A DNA stretch of 52,533 nucleotides from a virus (taxonomy: Duplodnaviria > Caudoviricetes), in IMG/VR virus record IMGVR_UViG_3300014932_000216, positions 1-52,533 of that record. The stretch is one strand, 5' to 3'. The notes under the pieces are model-generated. The model worked only from the letters and a program-made list of their open reading frames with translations. It was not told where the DNA came from and did no database searches. Each line of letters begins with the position of its first letter. Position 1 is the stretch's first letter. The translations under genes and the position numbers were made by a program. Below are positions 27,967 through 36,529 of this stretch, in pieces.

Positions 27967-27974
27967 TAAAGATA
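27967..27974 (-). promoter_or_regulatory. Putative -7 element (TATCTTTA) for the tmRNA gene
   Basis: One mismatch from TAnnTTTG, just upstream of the acceptor piece. Confidence 0.55.
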
Positions 27975-28094
27975 GTGGTTTTATAGATTTACCATTTCAA
28001 TTTAATTCGTTAGTTGTTTGCCGATTCATTTAAAATACCATTGATGCGCCGAAGCTGATCGAGGCCTTATTTCCGTCCTTTACCTGTTCTGTGT

Positions 28095-28376
28095 TCATTT
28101 TGAGTAGGTTTTATCGAAGTAATCGGATTGGCCTTTAAAGTTAATATCATCAACTTTGCCGTTTATTCTACCTACGCCATACGCCTCCTCTATCTCCTTC
28201 CGTTCTTCCGGCAGCAGGGAGGTGAGAATGTCGATGGCTTCCAAGTGTAATTCTATCTTTCCATCTAGGATATTTTTTACAGACTTAGAATCGCCGAATA
28301 TTTTATATTCATTTCGTAGGTTCTCTATTCTAGCCTTTATCTGCTCAATCGCAGTTTCTATCGGTGTATTTTTCAT
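28095..28376 (-). CDS. Hypothetical protein
   Basis: KNTPIE...ERKEIEEAY...YFDKTY pattern typical of small phage accessory proteins. Confidence 0.65.
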   Translation of the reverse strand: MKNTPIETAIEQIKARIENLRNEYKIFGDSKSVKNILDGKIELHLEAIDILTSLLPEERKEIEEAYGVGRINGKVDDINFKGQSDYFDKTYSK

Positions 28377-28385
28377 GTTCGGTTT

Positions 28386-28646
28386 TTAAGGGGTTGTTAA
28401 AGTGTTACTCTTAGCGATAATGTATTCTTCCGCCAGCCTGCAAGCTATTTTAGCTATTCTCTCTGGGAATAAGGATGATGTCCACACATCGCCAAATGAT
28501 GAAGGACAATGTATTCTCAACTGATTACAAATATTCATCATCATAGCATCATGCAAACCAGAATAATGTTCCCTATCTTCTTGCAGGTGTACCATTTCAT
28601 CTAATAGTTCTTTTGGTGAGTTCGGTAGTAATGTATTTATTTTCAT
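28386..28646 (-). CDS. Hypothetical protein
   Basis: Co-oriented 86-aa ORF. Confidence 0.55.
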   Translation of the reverse strand: MKINTLLPNSPKELLDEMVHLQEDREHYSGLHDAMMMNICNQLRIHCPSSFGDVWTSSLFPERIAKIACRLAEEYIIAKSNTLTTP

Positions 28647-28775
28647 ACTATACTTTTAGGTGGTTAAAGTGAAATAAAAACAGTTTCTTTTTCGTGGTAA
28701 GTCTTTCGGCTATTAAAGAAACTATAAAAGAAAACCAGATTTTTACTTTTAGGTGTGAGGGGTGGGGGTTAGGAA

Positions 28776-28994
28776 TTAACGGTGTATTTGTTGGCAATTC
28801 ATTAATTTGGCCAACTCTATTTTAGAAAACAAATACCTACCGGAATATGACCCATCAGTCTTTCTGCTAGCTAGCCACATAAATATGTCATTTATTTCAA
28901 CCACCTTAAAATGGTGTGCGCCATCTACAAGTCGCTTATTGCCCACCGTGGTAAAAGATATTTGTTGTCCGGTAATCAGTATTTGAGTGTTCAT
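28776..28994 (-). CDS. Hypothetical protein
   Basis: The MNTQI start overlaps the upstream stop (ATGA). Confidence 0.5.
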   Translation of the reverse strand: MNTQILITGQQISFTTVGNKRLVDGAHHFKVVEINDIFMWLASRKTDGSYSGRYLFSKIELAKLMNCQQIHR

Positions 28995-29209
28995 ATTTCT
29001 TGTTGTTGGTGAGGTGTTAAATGACGCGTAACGTTGTTGATCGGTTGAAGTCCTTTTATTTTTTGCCCTGTCAGGTTTGTGCCGTAAAGCAATTTGACCC
29101 ACCCAGATTTATAAACCTTTAGTATCGTTCCGGTTGCACCGGCCGGTATGTCGCACATGAGGCGAACGGTGCAGACCGTATCACCTTTGGTTAAAAGTCT
29201 GTCGCCCAT
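28991..29209 (-). CDS. Hypothetical protein (SH3/KOW-like)
   Basis: KGDTV...IPAGATGTILKV pattern. Confidence 0.5.
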   Translation of the reverse strand: MGDRLLTKGDTVCTVRLMCDIPAGATGTILKVYKSGWVKLLYGTNLTGQKIKGLQPINNVTRHLTPHQQQEI

Positions 29210-29409
29210 GTGTGCGCTTTGGTAAGTTTGTTAAACTTAGCATCGGTAACTTTCTGTGTAGCGCCGTTAGTCCATGTAATAACCTTTGGTCCTACCTGAA
29301 TAAGTCGGAAATCAACGGTAGATTTATTTGCATCTACGCTTGTTGGTTTATACTCGCCCATCGGTTGTGCGTCTGCTATTTTGCGGAATGTTACTGTGCA
29401 GGTGTTCAT
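29191..29409 (-). CDS. Hypothetical protein
   Basis: ATG with an A-rich leader, downstream of TACATTTG (29451-29458). Confidence 0.6.
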   Translation of the reverse strand: MNTCTVTFRKIADAQPMGEYKPTSVDANKSTVDFRLIQVGPKVITWTNGATQKVTDAKFNKLTKAHTWATDF

Positions 29410-29474
29410 TTTTTGGAAGGTTTTTATCTCCGCTTCATTGCTTTGATACACAAATGTACACAACATTTTGATAC

Positions 29475-29743
29475 TACCAAATATTTGGTAATTATTTTTT
29501 GACTTTTATTTGTAGCTCCTTAATTATCTTGGTAAGTTCTTTCAACTTCGTATCGGGCAAACTGATAATGCCATTGACTACCTTATGAAAGTTGCTAACA
29601 TCATATTCAAGCCTGTTTGCAACCTCTCGCAGACTAATTAATTTCCTATTTTTGCGTATATATTCAATTGCTTGTTCCTTATCCATAAAAACAAAATTAT
29701 ACCATTTTTTTGGTAGTACAAAATACATACCATATATTTGGTG
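29475..29743. promoter_or_regulatory. Three TACCA-N6-TGGT(A/G) operator-like palindromes
   Basis: Copies at 29475-29490, 29700-29715 and 29728-29743, each next to or overlapping a TAnnTTTG element. Confidence 0.65.
29492..29686 (-). CDS. Small XRE-type HTH regulator
   Basis: ISLREVANRLEYDVSNFHKVVNG; start revised to MDKEQ. Confidence 0.75.
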   Translation of the reverse strand: MDKEQAIEYIRKNRKLISLREVANRLEYDVSNFHKVVNGIISLPDTKLKELTKIIKELQIKVKK

Positions 29744-29757
29744 AAAAATAGAAAGAT

Positions 29758-30030
29758 ATGAACGCGCCAACAGCAATATTTATAGCAGTTATTTTATTGA
29801 TTATTTTAGAAGTAGTTTATTTATGTTGCAAAATGGCAATCATATTTAATAGTAGAACTGATGAGCAAAATAGTTCTAATGCTTATTTTTATGGCGAACG
29901 AGAGCGATGGCACAAAGAGCAAGGACATAAAAAAATAAGTATGACAGTTATTGATATGAAAATGGGTCGATTTGGCTATAGATGGGAGGATATGCACGGC
30001 AATGATGTAACATACAGGTCGCAATATTAA
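29758..30030 (+). CDS. Hypothetical membrane protein
   Basis: N-terminal transmembrane segment; TATATTTG promoter element upstream. Confidence 0.6.
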   Translation: MNAPTAIFIAVILLIILEVVYLCCKMAIIFNSRTDEQNSSNAYFYGERERWHKEQGHKKISMTVIDMKMGRFGYRWEDMHGNDVTYRSQY

Positions 30031-30035
30031 CACGC

Positions 30036-30239
30036 ATGGAAAAGAAAGAAGTAGAAAATAAAGTAAAGGCGGACTATTCGGGTAGTTCGAGTGATGGGCG
30101 TACAAGCGTATGGCTAATTACCTGCATTTGCGGCAAGCAATATACCCCGCCGACCACCATTTTTGCACAACAGCAGGTGCATTGCCCAAAGTGCGGGCAT
30201 TACGAAGTTATTGATTACAACAAAATAACCCACCCATGA
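30036..30239 (+). CDS. Small zinc-ribbon protein
   Basis: CICG and CPKCG motifs. Confidence 0.6.
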   Translation: MEKKEVENKVKADYSGSSSDGRTSVWLITCICGKQYTPPTTIFAQQQVHCPKCGHYEVIDYNKITHP

Positions 30240-30490
30240 GCGAAGTAAAGAAGGTGAAGCTGAGTGAAGCGCAAAAAAATGTAATAGAGGTAATGCGAGG
30301 TGGTAAACCTGTGTTTAAATGCACTCACGCCCCATACAGGTACGAATGGACAATGGGAGGCAAAATACAGATACTAAACGGGCAATCTATGCGCGGGTTG
30401 CGAACCCTAGGACTTATCGTAGGCAGACCGCACACGCTTAACTTTGAAATGATTGAATTAACTCCCCTCGGCCGCACCATCGAACTTTAA
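30236..30490 (+). CDS. Small winged-helix-like protein
   Basis: KLSEAQ...GLRTLGLI...ELTPLGR; ATGA-coupled to the upstream gene. Confidence 0.6.
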   Translation: MSEVKKVKLSEAQKNVIEVMRGGKPVFKCTHAPYRYEWTMGGKIQILNGQSMRGLRTLGLIVGRPHTLNFEMIELTPLGRTIEL

Positions 30491-30640
30491 TTCGCGAACA
30501 CGCGATCTAGGTAGCAACGAGTAAAACGGGGCATAAAAAAAGGCCGCCAATAAGCAGCCCTTTACCCCAATTTAAAATCTATACCCTCAGCAAGTGTGCG
30601 CAGGGGATGCGCATGCCGAGGCTGTTATTTACCGGATCGA

Positions 30641-31216
30641 TTAAGCCGTCACGGTAGTTCCGCCGCTGCTAACATAAACCGATTCTACGTCAGATAAAGT
30701 ATGTGTAGGCTGGCCATATGGGGAGAGCGGAAAACTCGCCCATTGTCCGCCTAATGCAGTCTGTACGGTCGTACTCATAAAATACCCGTTGATTATTTTG
30801 CCAAGTACGTTTATTTGGTCGAATAGAGCCACACAAAGCAAATCCTGGGTAGGCGCATCGAACCCACTTATGCCATAAGTATTGCACAATTCAACGTATG
30901 TCTTATGCAGGAATTGATAAGCTCCCGCAGCGGTGCTTGTAAGACCGTTTGCGGTTATTGCCCTGTTCGGATGCGCGGACATATCCGTAAAGCGCACATC
31001 GTTGCGTGGTGAGCTTGTAAATAGGTAATTATAGCAGTCGGGCGCATTGTTACACTCTGTTGTTCTGATTACCTTTAACGCCGCCTGTATATTTGCGTTA
31101 TCTAAAGCCTTTAGTAAAAACTCTTTGCTTGTTGCCATTTTCTTATCTTTTAAAAACCAGTAATCGCACTCGCAGTCATTCGCGCCACGGTAACATATTT
31201 CGCATGGGAGTGACAT
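30641..31216 (-). CDS. Endolysin, lambda R-like lytic transglycosylase
   Basis: ALKVIRTTE, STAAGAYQFL, FDAPTQD and WASFP motifs; the start may be MATSK at 31138. Confidence 0.88.
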   Translation of the reverse strand: MSLPCEICYRGANDCECDYWFLKDKKMATSKEFLLKALDNANIQAALKVIRTTECNNAPDCYNYLFTSSPRNDVRFTDMSAHPNRAITANGLTSTAAGAYQFLHKTYVELCNTYGISGFDAPTQDLLCVALFDQINVLGKIINGYFMSTTVQTALGGQWASFPLSPYGQPTHTLSDVESVYVSSGGTTVTA

Positions 31217-31319
31217 TTTGTAATTACTATTTCTGTATCTTTGAAGTCATTTATTAGTCGGAATCAACCGACACTTTAATTTTCGATCAGCGCAAAAGCG
31301 CAAAGATTGCCCGGATTAT

Positions 31320-31349
31320 AAAAAGCACTCAATTTATTGGGTGCTTTTT
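31320..31349. terminator. Bidirectional intrinsic terminator upstream of the endolysin
   Basis: AAAAAGCACTCAAT-TT-ATTGGGTGCTTTTT. Confidence 0.7.
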
Positions 31350-31455
31350 GCTTTTAATTACCCCGAATTCGGTATAATTAAAGTATCGTGACTCTAATTA
31401 AAAACAACCGGGCTTTCGCAGTCCCGAACACATTTACTCTACTCGCCCGATTGAA

Positions 31456-31836
31456 TTACCCTACAAATGCGGCCTGAAAGTCGGCAATATAACCGCTGAT
31501 GCCAGTTGGCTTTTTACCGCCGTCAAGTATGCTCCATGCCTCAGCACCGAGCCGCTCCGCAATAGCCTCTAATGTGGCTATGCTTTTAACTGCAAGCATA
31601 TCAGTAAGCAGGCCGGATAGAATAGCGATAGCGGGTGCCTCCAATGCCCCTACGGCTGGAAATGCAGATGCTATTATGGTCTCTACTGCAACGCCATCAG
31701 GAGATTTAGCCCATGCAAGTGCTTTCGTAGAAAACTGTGCTGCAATAGCCATATCAGATACCACCTTTGGTTCTGTGTTTTTAATCCAAGCGATAAGTTT
31801 TGCTTCATCTGTTTTTAACAGGTCAATTAGTTTCAT
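31456..31836 (-). CDS. Hypothetical protein in the lysis cassette
   Basis: Ala-rich amphipathic 126-aa ORF. Confidence 0.65.
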   Translation of the reverse strand: MKLIDLLKTDEAKLIAWIKNTEPKVVSDMAIAAQFSTKALAWAKSPDGVAVETIIASAFPAVGALEAPAIAILSGLLTDMLAVKSIATLEAIAERLGAEAWSILDGGKKPTGISGYIADFQAAFVG

Positions 31837-31915
31837 GCTTTCTATTTTTTGTTGTCAATATAAATGAGATAACAGCATAGCCACATAGCGAGCAGTATGC
31901 ATGTTGTTGTAATCA

Positions 31916-32200
31916 TTATTTAGGCTGGTCATTATTTGGTAGCCCCGTAACTTGTGCGTCTTTTGCCAAGTACCCAAATAGGGCAATCCCAGCCGCCGTA
32001 ACAAGGTTTTTCCAATCCTTGTGTATATCGAAGTTGCCTGTATTGATAAGCGGCAATAGAGCCACCCAAATAGCGCCGGCACAACCTGCCGCAAATGTTC
32101 TCCAGTTTTTCATCTTTTCGTTTTTAAAATGGTTGATAATTATTGTTACCGCCTTTTCTTCGGCGCGGGTCTTCAATTCGTTTCGCAGTTTGTTGAACAT
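31916..32200 (-). CDS. Putative holin
   Basis: MKNWRT...two transmembrane segments...AKD; second in-frame ATG at 32113. Confidence 0.65.
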   Translation of the reverse strand: MFNKLRNELKTRAEEKAVTIIINHFKNEKMKNWRTFAAGCAGAIWVALLPLINTGNFDIHKDWKNLVTAAGIALFGYLAKDAQVTGLPNNDQPK

Positions 32201-32202
32201 AA

Positions 32203-32334
32203 CTACCTGTTTTTATTAAGTTCTTTAGTTCTAAAATTCGTTACATACAGATTCCAAAATGGCGTGACAATCATTGCGCTTAGACTGAAAGCAGCGATTG
32301 CGTAGCCGATTATTGCGAGAGCGTAACGGATCAT
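32203..32334 (-). CDS. 43-aa single-transmembrane peptide (not in the ORF track)
   Basis: MIRYALAIIGYAIAAFSLSAMIVTPFWNLYVTNFRTKELNKNR; ATGA overlap upstream and a 2-nt gap downstream. Confidence 0.6.
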   Translation of the reverse strand: MIRYALAIIGYAIAAFSLSAMIVTPFWNLYVTNFRTKELNKNR

Positions 32335-32633
32335 GGTTCTATTTTTTTAACTACAATGCTTTTATTGTATTCGGCGCGAAGGATATTCTTTTCACTCTGC
32401 GAATTGTCTATGTGGGTGCGAAATTCCTGCCTGTCCTTGTCCACGTCAATTCGCCATCCGCGCCAATCACCAAACCACGCCCCAGCACCAAACACACTGC
32501 CAAAGGAGCACAATACCAAAGTCAGTATCTTGTATTTATTCCACCTAACATCTATTTTCTTAGAGGACGCCGTGGACTGCTCTACAACTTCCGCTATTAA
32601 CTGTATCAATTCCGATTTATCCTGATCTGACAT
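32331..32633 (-). CDS. Membrane protein in the lysis cassette
   Basis: One central transmembrane segment and a charged C-terminus. Confidence 0.6.
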   Translation of the reverse strand: MSDQDKSELIQLIAEVVEQSTASSKKIDVRWNKYKILTLVLCSFGSVFGAGAWFGDWRGWRIDVDKDRQEFRTHIDNSQSEKNILRAEYNKSIVVKKIEP

Positions 32634-32730
32634 AAAATATTTTACGCTATATTTTAGTGAACCACTTTTTTTGTACCTCCTCGAATAGCTTTTCTACCTG
32701 TGCGAGTTCGTGTGTTGACATGGGTTTGGG

Positions 32731-33225
32731 TTATGGCACTATGCATTGAAATGTAATTCCGCCTACTGTTGTTTTATAGAGATTACCCGTAGAAAGCCCT
32801 CCCAAAATAGCTGCTGCATCATTTGCATAGGTGGGTACATTAGTTATTTGTACTGTTTTCATACTATCATTTACAATTATAACAGTACCTCCACCATTTA
32901 AACTTCCTATAGATACAGTGCCGTTAGGAGCATTTATTTCGCATGCAGTGGGAGTAATTTGCATTACAATAACACCTGACCAACCAACATTAAATGCATC
33001 GCGCCCACTAGCCGAATCCGCATATATAAAATCACCACTACCAGTAAGTAGATTACTAATATCTCCATACCCTATATAGGTAGCACTAAGTGGGCGAGAT
33101 ACAAGATTGACCGGCGTTAGCTTATCCGTAAATGTCCCATCTCCATTATCAACTACAGATACGACCGAAACGGTATCGTCTATCGTGGTATTGGCCGGGA
33201 ATGCGCTAAGTTTTATATCTGCCAT
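32731..33225 (-). CDS. Putative virion fibre/accessory protein
   Basis: MADIKLSAFP start and PTYANDAAAILGGLSTGNLY C-terminal motif. Confidence 0.55.
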   Translation of the reverse strand: MADIKLSAFPANTTIDDTVSVVSVVDNGDGTFTDKLTPVNLVSRPLSATYIGYGDISNLLTGSGDFIYADSASGRDAFNVGWSGVIVMQITPTACEINAPNGTVSIGSLNGGGTVIIVNDSMKTVQITNVPTYANDAAAILGGLSTGNLYKTTVGGITFQCIVP

Positions 33226-33234
33226 AAAATATTT

Positions 33235-33924
33235 TTAATCGCTAATAATATTGTTTCCATCCTCGGTTAGTAAATAGCCGCCGCCCGATTCGGGTATCAG
33301 ATATGGCAGCCCATTTATTTGCACCTGATAGCCATTCGGGCCGCTACCTATTGTAATCCCGCTGGTGCCGATCTCGAATAAATAACCCGAACCAAGTGGC
33401 GAACCTTCGGCGCATTTCACCGTCAATACAATTCTACCTACCGTTGAGCTTAGCGAATCCCACGCTTCCGCTTTACTCATTATGCCAAACCCCGTAACGC
33501 TAACACCCTCTATGCCTGCATACCCGGCTGGTATAGGATTTGCAAATCCTAATGTCAAATAAGCCTGATTCATAAGTATTGTACGAATCTTGCCCATTAT
33601 ATTTTGCATCTGAACTTTTGCGAGCTTATCGCCCGCGTCCAAAGGCGTAGATGCCGAATCGGTGTAAACGTCTATGTAAAAAGTATAGATGCCATGCTGT
33701 AGCCGGGGTGTGTTGCTTATATACTGACATTTATATAGGCAAATATTTATTAGCGGCACTGCCGTTTGGTTTACGTCAGTGACGCGCTCTATTTCTATTG
33801 TTGGGTTGATGAATGTATTATCAAGAACACTTTGTTCCGTAAGCTCCAACCCAATAATACCTCCGAGCTGATTGCGAATCAACTCATAATTTTGAAGCAG
33901 TATTTTGGTGGTTATCAGAGCCAT
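33235..33924 (-). CDS. Putative tail terminator / neck protein
   Basis: Position after the head-closure gene, and size. Confidence 0.5.
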   Translation of the reverse strand: MALITTKILLQNYELIRNQLGGIIGLELTEQSVLDNTFINPTIEIERVTDVNQTAVPLINICLYKCQYISNTPRLQHGIYTFYIDVYTDSASTPLDAGDKLAKVQMQNIMGKIRTILMNQAYLTLGFANPIPAGYAGIEGVSVTGFGIMSKAEAWDSLSSTVGRIVLTVKCAEGSPLGSGYLFEIGTSGITIGSGPNGYQVQINGLPYLIPESGGGYLLTEDGNNIISD

Positions 33925-33926
33925 TC

Positions 33927-34298
33927 CTACGGGGTGTAATCATCGAGTATGCAAACTATCGAACCGAGCGTTTCGCCGGGTATCGTAATCTTTATTTTGT
34001 AAGTCCACGAATTGCCAACAACGTCCGTCCATGCAACAAGGTGTCCGATTAGCGCAACCTCTTTATTTACATTCCTAACTGTATATCCAACCGCATTTAA
34101 AGCCAACTCACTAACACTTATCCTTGTTGTTTTAGAGCTTATCGGTGCGCCATATTCATCATATTTCAGGTGATGCTTTACGCCAATACCTTTTATTGTT
34201 TTTGGGCTTCCGGTTGGCGGGGTAAATAAAATATCAGTGCCGAAATCACCTGTGGTAATTTGCAGTAGATCCGCCGCCGCTTGCTCCATCATGCCCAT
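33927..34298 (-). CDS. Putative head-tail joining protein (gpFII-like)
   Basis: 123 aa, beta-rich, downstream of the capsid gene. Confidence 0.55.
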   Translation of the reverse strand: MGMMEQAAADLLQITTGDFGTDILFTPPTGSPKTIKGIGVKHHLKYDEYGAPISSKTTRISVSELALNAVGYTVRNVNKEVALIGHLVAWTDVVGNSWTYKIKITIPGETLGSIVCILDDYTP

Positions 34299-34495
34299 TA
34301 CTTGATAATTTTAGTTGTATCGGGCGTTATGCTTACAGCCTCATCAACCTTCGGCACATAAACAGCAATCGCCTTATCGTCCAAAAGGTCTTTAATGTGG
34401 TCGGGCGTTATCGCCGCATCTTCAATTATACTCCCCGATTTGTATGTCTTGCCGTACTTTCCGGTTATTGATAGCGCCTTTACTTCGTATTGCAT
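34298..34495 (-). CDS. Small head-associated protein (gpFI-like position)
   Basis: Directly after the major capsid gene; GKTYKSG...LLDDKAI. Confidence 0.5.
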   Translation of the reverse strand: MQYEVKALSITGKYGKTYKSGSIIEDAAITPDHIKDLLDDKAIAVYVPKVDEAVSITPDTTKIIK

Positions 34496-34507
34496 AATAT
34501 TGTTTTT

Positions 34508-34540
34508 AAAAAGCCCCGCCGTGTTTATTGGCAGGGCTTT
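34508..34540 (-). terminator. Intrinsic terminator after the major capsid gene
   Basis: AAAGCCCTGCC / GGCGGGGCTTTTT. Confidence 0.7.
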
Positions 34541-34561
34541 GTTTATAAAATCGTATTGTTA

Positions 34562-35659
34562 TTACGCTATCGGCTGTAGCGTGTACATCTGGTCAACTGC
34601 GAGCGGAACAGGCAGCGGTGAACTTTCCAGATAAGAACGGTCGTAGCCATGCTCTTCATTCACGTAACGCTTAAATATCTTGGTGCCTACCGCAAGACTG
34701 GCCGTATTTGTGCCAAGCGCAACAACCTGCGGTATTGCCCCGTAAAGCATTGTGAACTTTGGTTTTTCCGGCAGCATGTAGATTTTCTTAGGATCCATGT
34801 ACGGCGTGGATGCCCCGGCGGTGATAATACCATTTGCGTCTATGCTTGGCATATCGAACACATCGTTGTACGTCCAACACATTAGCATGTATGTATCGCA
34901 GTCGATGTACCCCTGAAATATCGCACCGGTGCTTGCTAGCTGTGCGGGCTGAATGAAATCGCGCTTGTTGTTAAACTCTTTTAGCCGCTCCTGTACGGCA
35001 GGGTTTGCGCGGTACGCTTGCCATGCTTTTATGCCAAAAATAGCATTGATGGCATATCCGCTATACTTTCCTTTTTGACGCAGCCAATCTCCGCCCGCCG
35101 CAAGGTCAGTATATGGGTTCGTGCCTGCATTATCCCATGTTGCACCACCCGTAAGCGTCACCATAGACAACGGTTGGCGCTTAAAGTCCACTACGCTGCC
35201 GTCCTTAATGGATGTGCATGTACCATTGTTCATAACGGACGCGCAATGTATCTCCTCTGCGCGGTCGTACATGTCGGCCATGAGGCGGTTTTGAACCGCT
35301 ACTCCGTTAGCTAACTCGGCCATATCATTCACGTTGAATGAAGTCGATCCGAATACGCGGTAATATGGAGCAAGCTCTGTAGCGTCAAAGTATGACTTGT
35401 AATAGAACGGGTCATACGCCTTTTGACTCGACTTGTCAATGGCAATCCTGCGCCCCTGATGCCCGCGCATAACGTCAATTGCCACCTGCTCTGAACCCCT
35501 GCGAATATCAATCACAGGGTATCGGTCGGTCGCGGTTGTAGTAGGGAAGAACGAACGAAAAAAGTTATTCACTTTAATTTCGCTCAACTCGTCATACTTC
35601 GCATGTATGGCGGATGTAAATATTGGGCTTGCTTGACCTAATGGAATTTGTCCCGGCAT
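34562..35659 (-). CDS. Major capsid protein, lambda gpE family
   Basis: FFRSFFP, DRAEEIHCASVM..G, VDFKR and LESSPLPVP; follows protease and decoration genes. Confidence 0.9.
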   Translation of the reverse strand: MPGQIPLGQASPIFTSAIHAKYDELSEIKVNNFFRSFFPTTTATDRYPVIDIRRGSEQVAIDVMRGHQGRRIAIDKSSQKAYDPFYYKSYFDATELAPYYRVFGSTSFNVNDMAELANGVAVQNRLMADMYDRAEEIHCASVMNNGTCTSIKDGSVVDFKRQPLSMVTLTGGATWDNAGTNPYTDLAAGGDWLRQKGKYSGYAINAIFGIKAWQAYRANPAVQERLKEFNNKRDFIQPAQLASTGAIFQGYIDCDTYMLMCWTYNDVFDMPSIDANGIITAGASTPYMDPKKIYMLPEKPKFTMLYGAIPQVVALGTNTASLAVGTKIFKRYVNEEHGYDRSYLESSPLPVPLAVDQMYTLQPIA

Positions 35660-35694
35660 TGTTCTATTTTTTAAAAGTTGAGTTTATAGGTTGA

Positions 35695-36135
35695 TTACTG
35701 GTTAGGGTCTTGTACTGTCAGTTCGGTTGTAGGCACTAATGAAATGTGTGTATTTCTTATAAGAACGCTTTTCATTGTACCACCTCCGGTACCTTCCGCC
35801 CCAACCGCAGTTGTGAGCGTATCGGTGCCATTTTGGAAAACAATTTTGTTTTGGTTCACGCGGCCTTTGAAGCAATAAGTAAGCAACGCACTAGCGCCAT
35901 TGGCGATAGTGACGGTGTCGTCCGCATAAATCGCCATTGGATATTGGCTGCCGTCTGACGAGCCGCTATCCGTAGGTAATAATTTAGCAGAACTTTCCAC
36001 CTCACCCATGAGCGTGCCACGTACTATAGTTACAGGCGAACCGGTACTATTAGTATAGGTTTTGTCGTCATACTCGTTATCGCCCAGAAATATCTGCGAA
36101 ACGTCATAATTGGTTACTAACTGTGTTGCTGGCAT
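35695..36135 (-). CDS. Head decoration protein (gpD-like)
   Basis: RGTLMG and SDGSQYPMAI motifs; lies between protease and capsid. Confidence 0.8.
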   Translation of the reverse strand: MPATQLVTNYDVSQIFLGDNEYDDKTYTNSTGSPVTIVRGTLMGEVESSAKLLPTDSGSSDGSQYPMAIYADDTVTIANGASALLTYCFKGRVNQNKIVFQNGTDTLTTAVGAEGTGGGTMKSVLIRNTHISLVPTTELTVQDPNQ

Positions 36136-36163
36136 AGCCGTTGCTTATTTGATGGGTTTATAA

Positions 36164-36529
36164 TTATTTTTTGATGTTCATTGCCCGCAGAACTTCTTCT
36201 GTATTCGCTTCTATGGCAGCGTCCGTTTCGCTCTTTGCCTTTGGAACAGGTGCGGTGTTTATCTCCGGTGCGTTTTCTGCTTCGGCGGCTTTGATGTGCT
36301 TTGATGTAGCCGCCTTTACCGCGAACTGAGAGTAATCGGCGCGGCTCATATCTTTGCCGCTATCTATGCCTTTAGCGACAGATTCCGGGTCAATATCTTT
36401 CCATGCCTGCCACTCCTTGACCCTTTCCTGTTCCGCGCCAACACCCTTTTCGATTCCCGACTTTTCGCCAGCCTCAAATATTGCATTGTATGTGTCCGGG
36501 TGTGCCGCTTTTAATTCTGTTGTTGTCAT
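36164..36529 (-). CDS. Probable nested scaffolding protein (Nu3-like)
   Basis: In-frame ATG (MTTTELKAAHP) preceded by AAAAAATAAAAAA. Confidence 0.55.
   Translation of the reverse strand: MTTTELKAAHPDTYNAIFEAGEKSGIEKGVGAEQERVKEWQAWKDIDPESVAKGIDSGKDMSRADYSQFAVKAATSKHIKAAEAENAPEINTAPVPKAKSETDAAIEANTEEVLRAMNIKK

Noticed and set aside
27836-28033. 65-aa plus-strand ORF
   Set aside because: It is antisense to the tmRNA gene and has no protein features.
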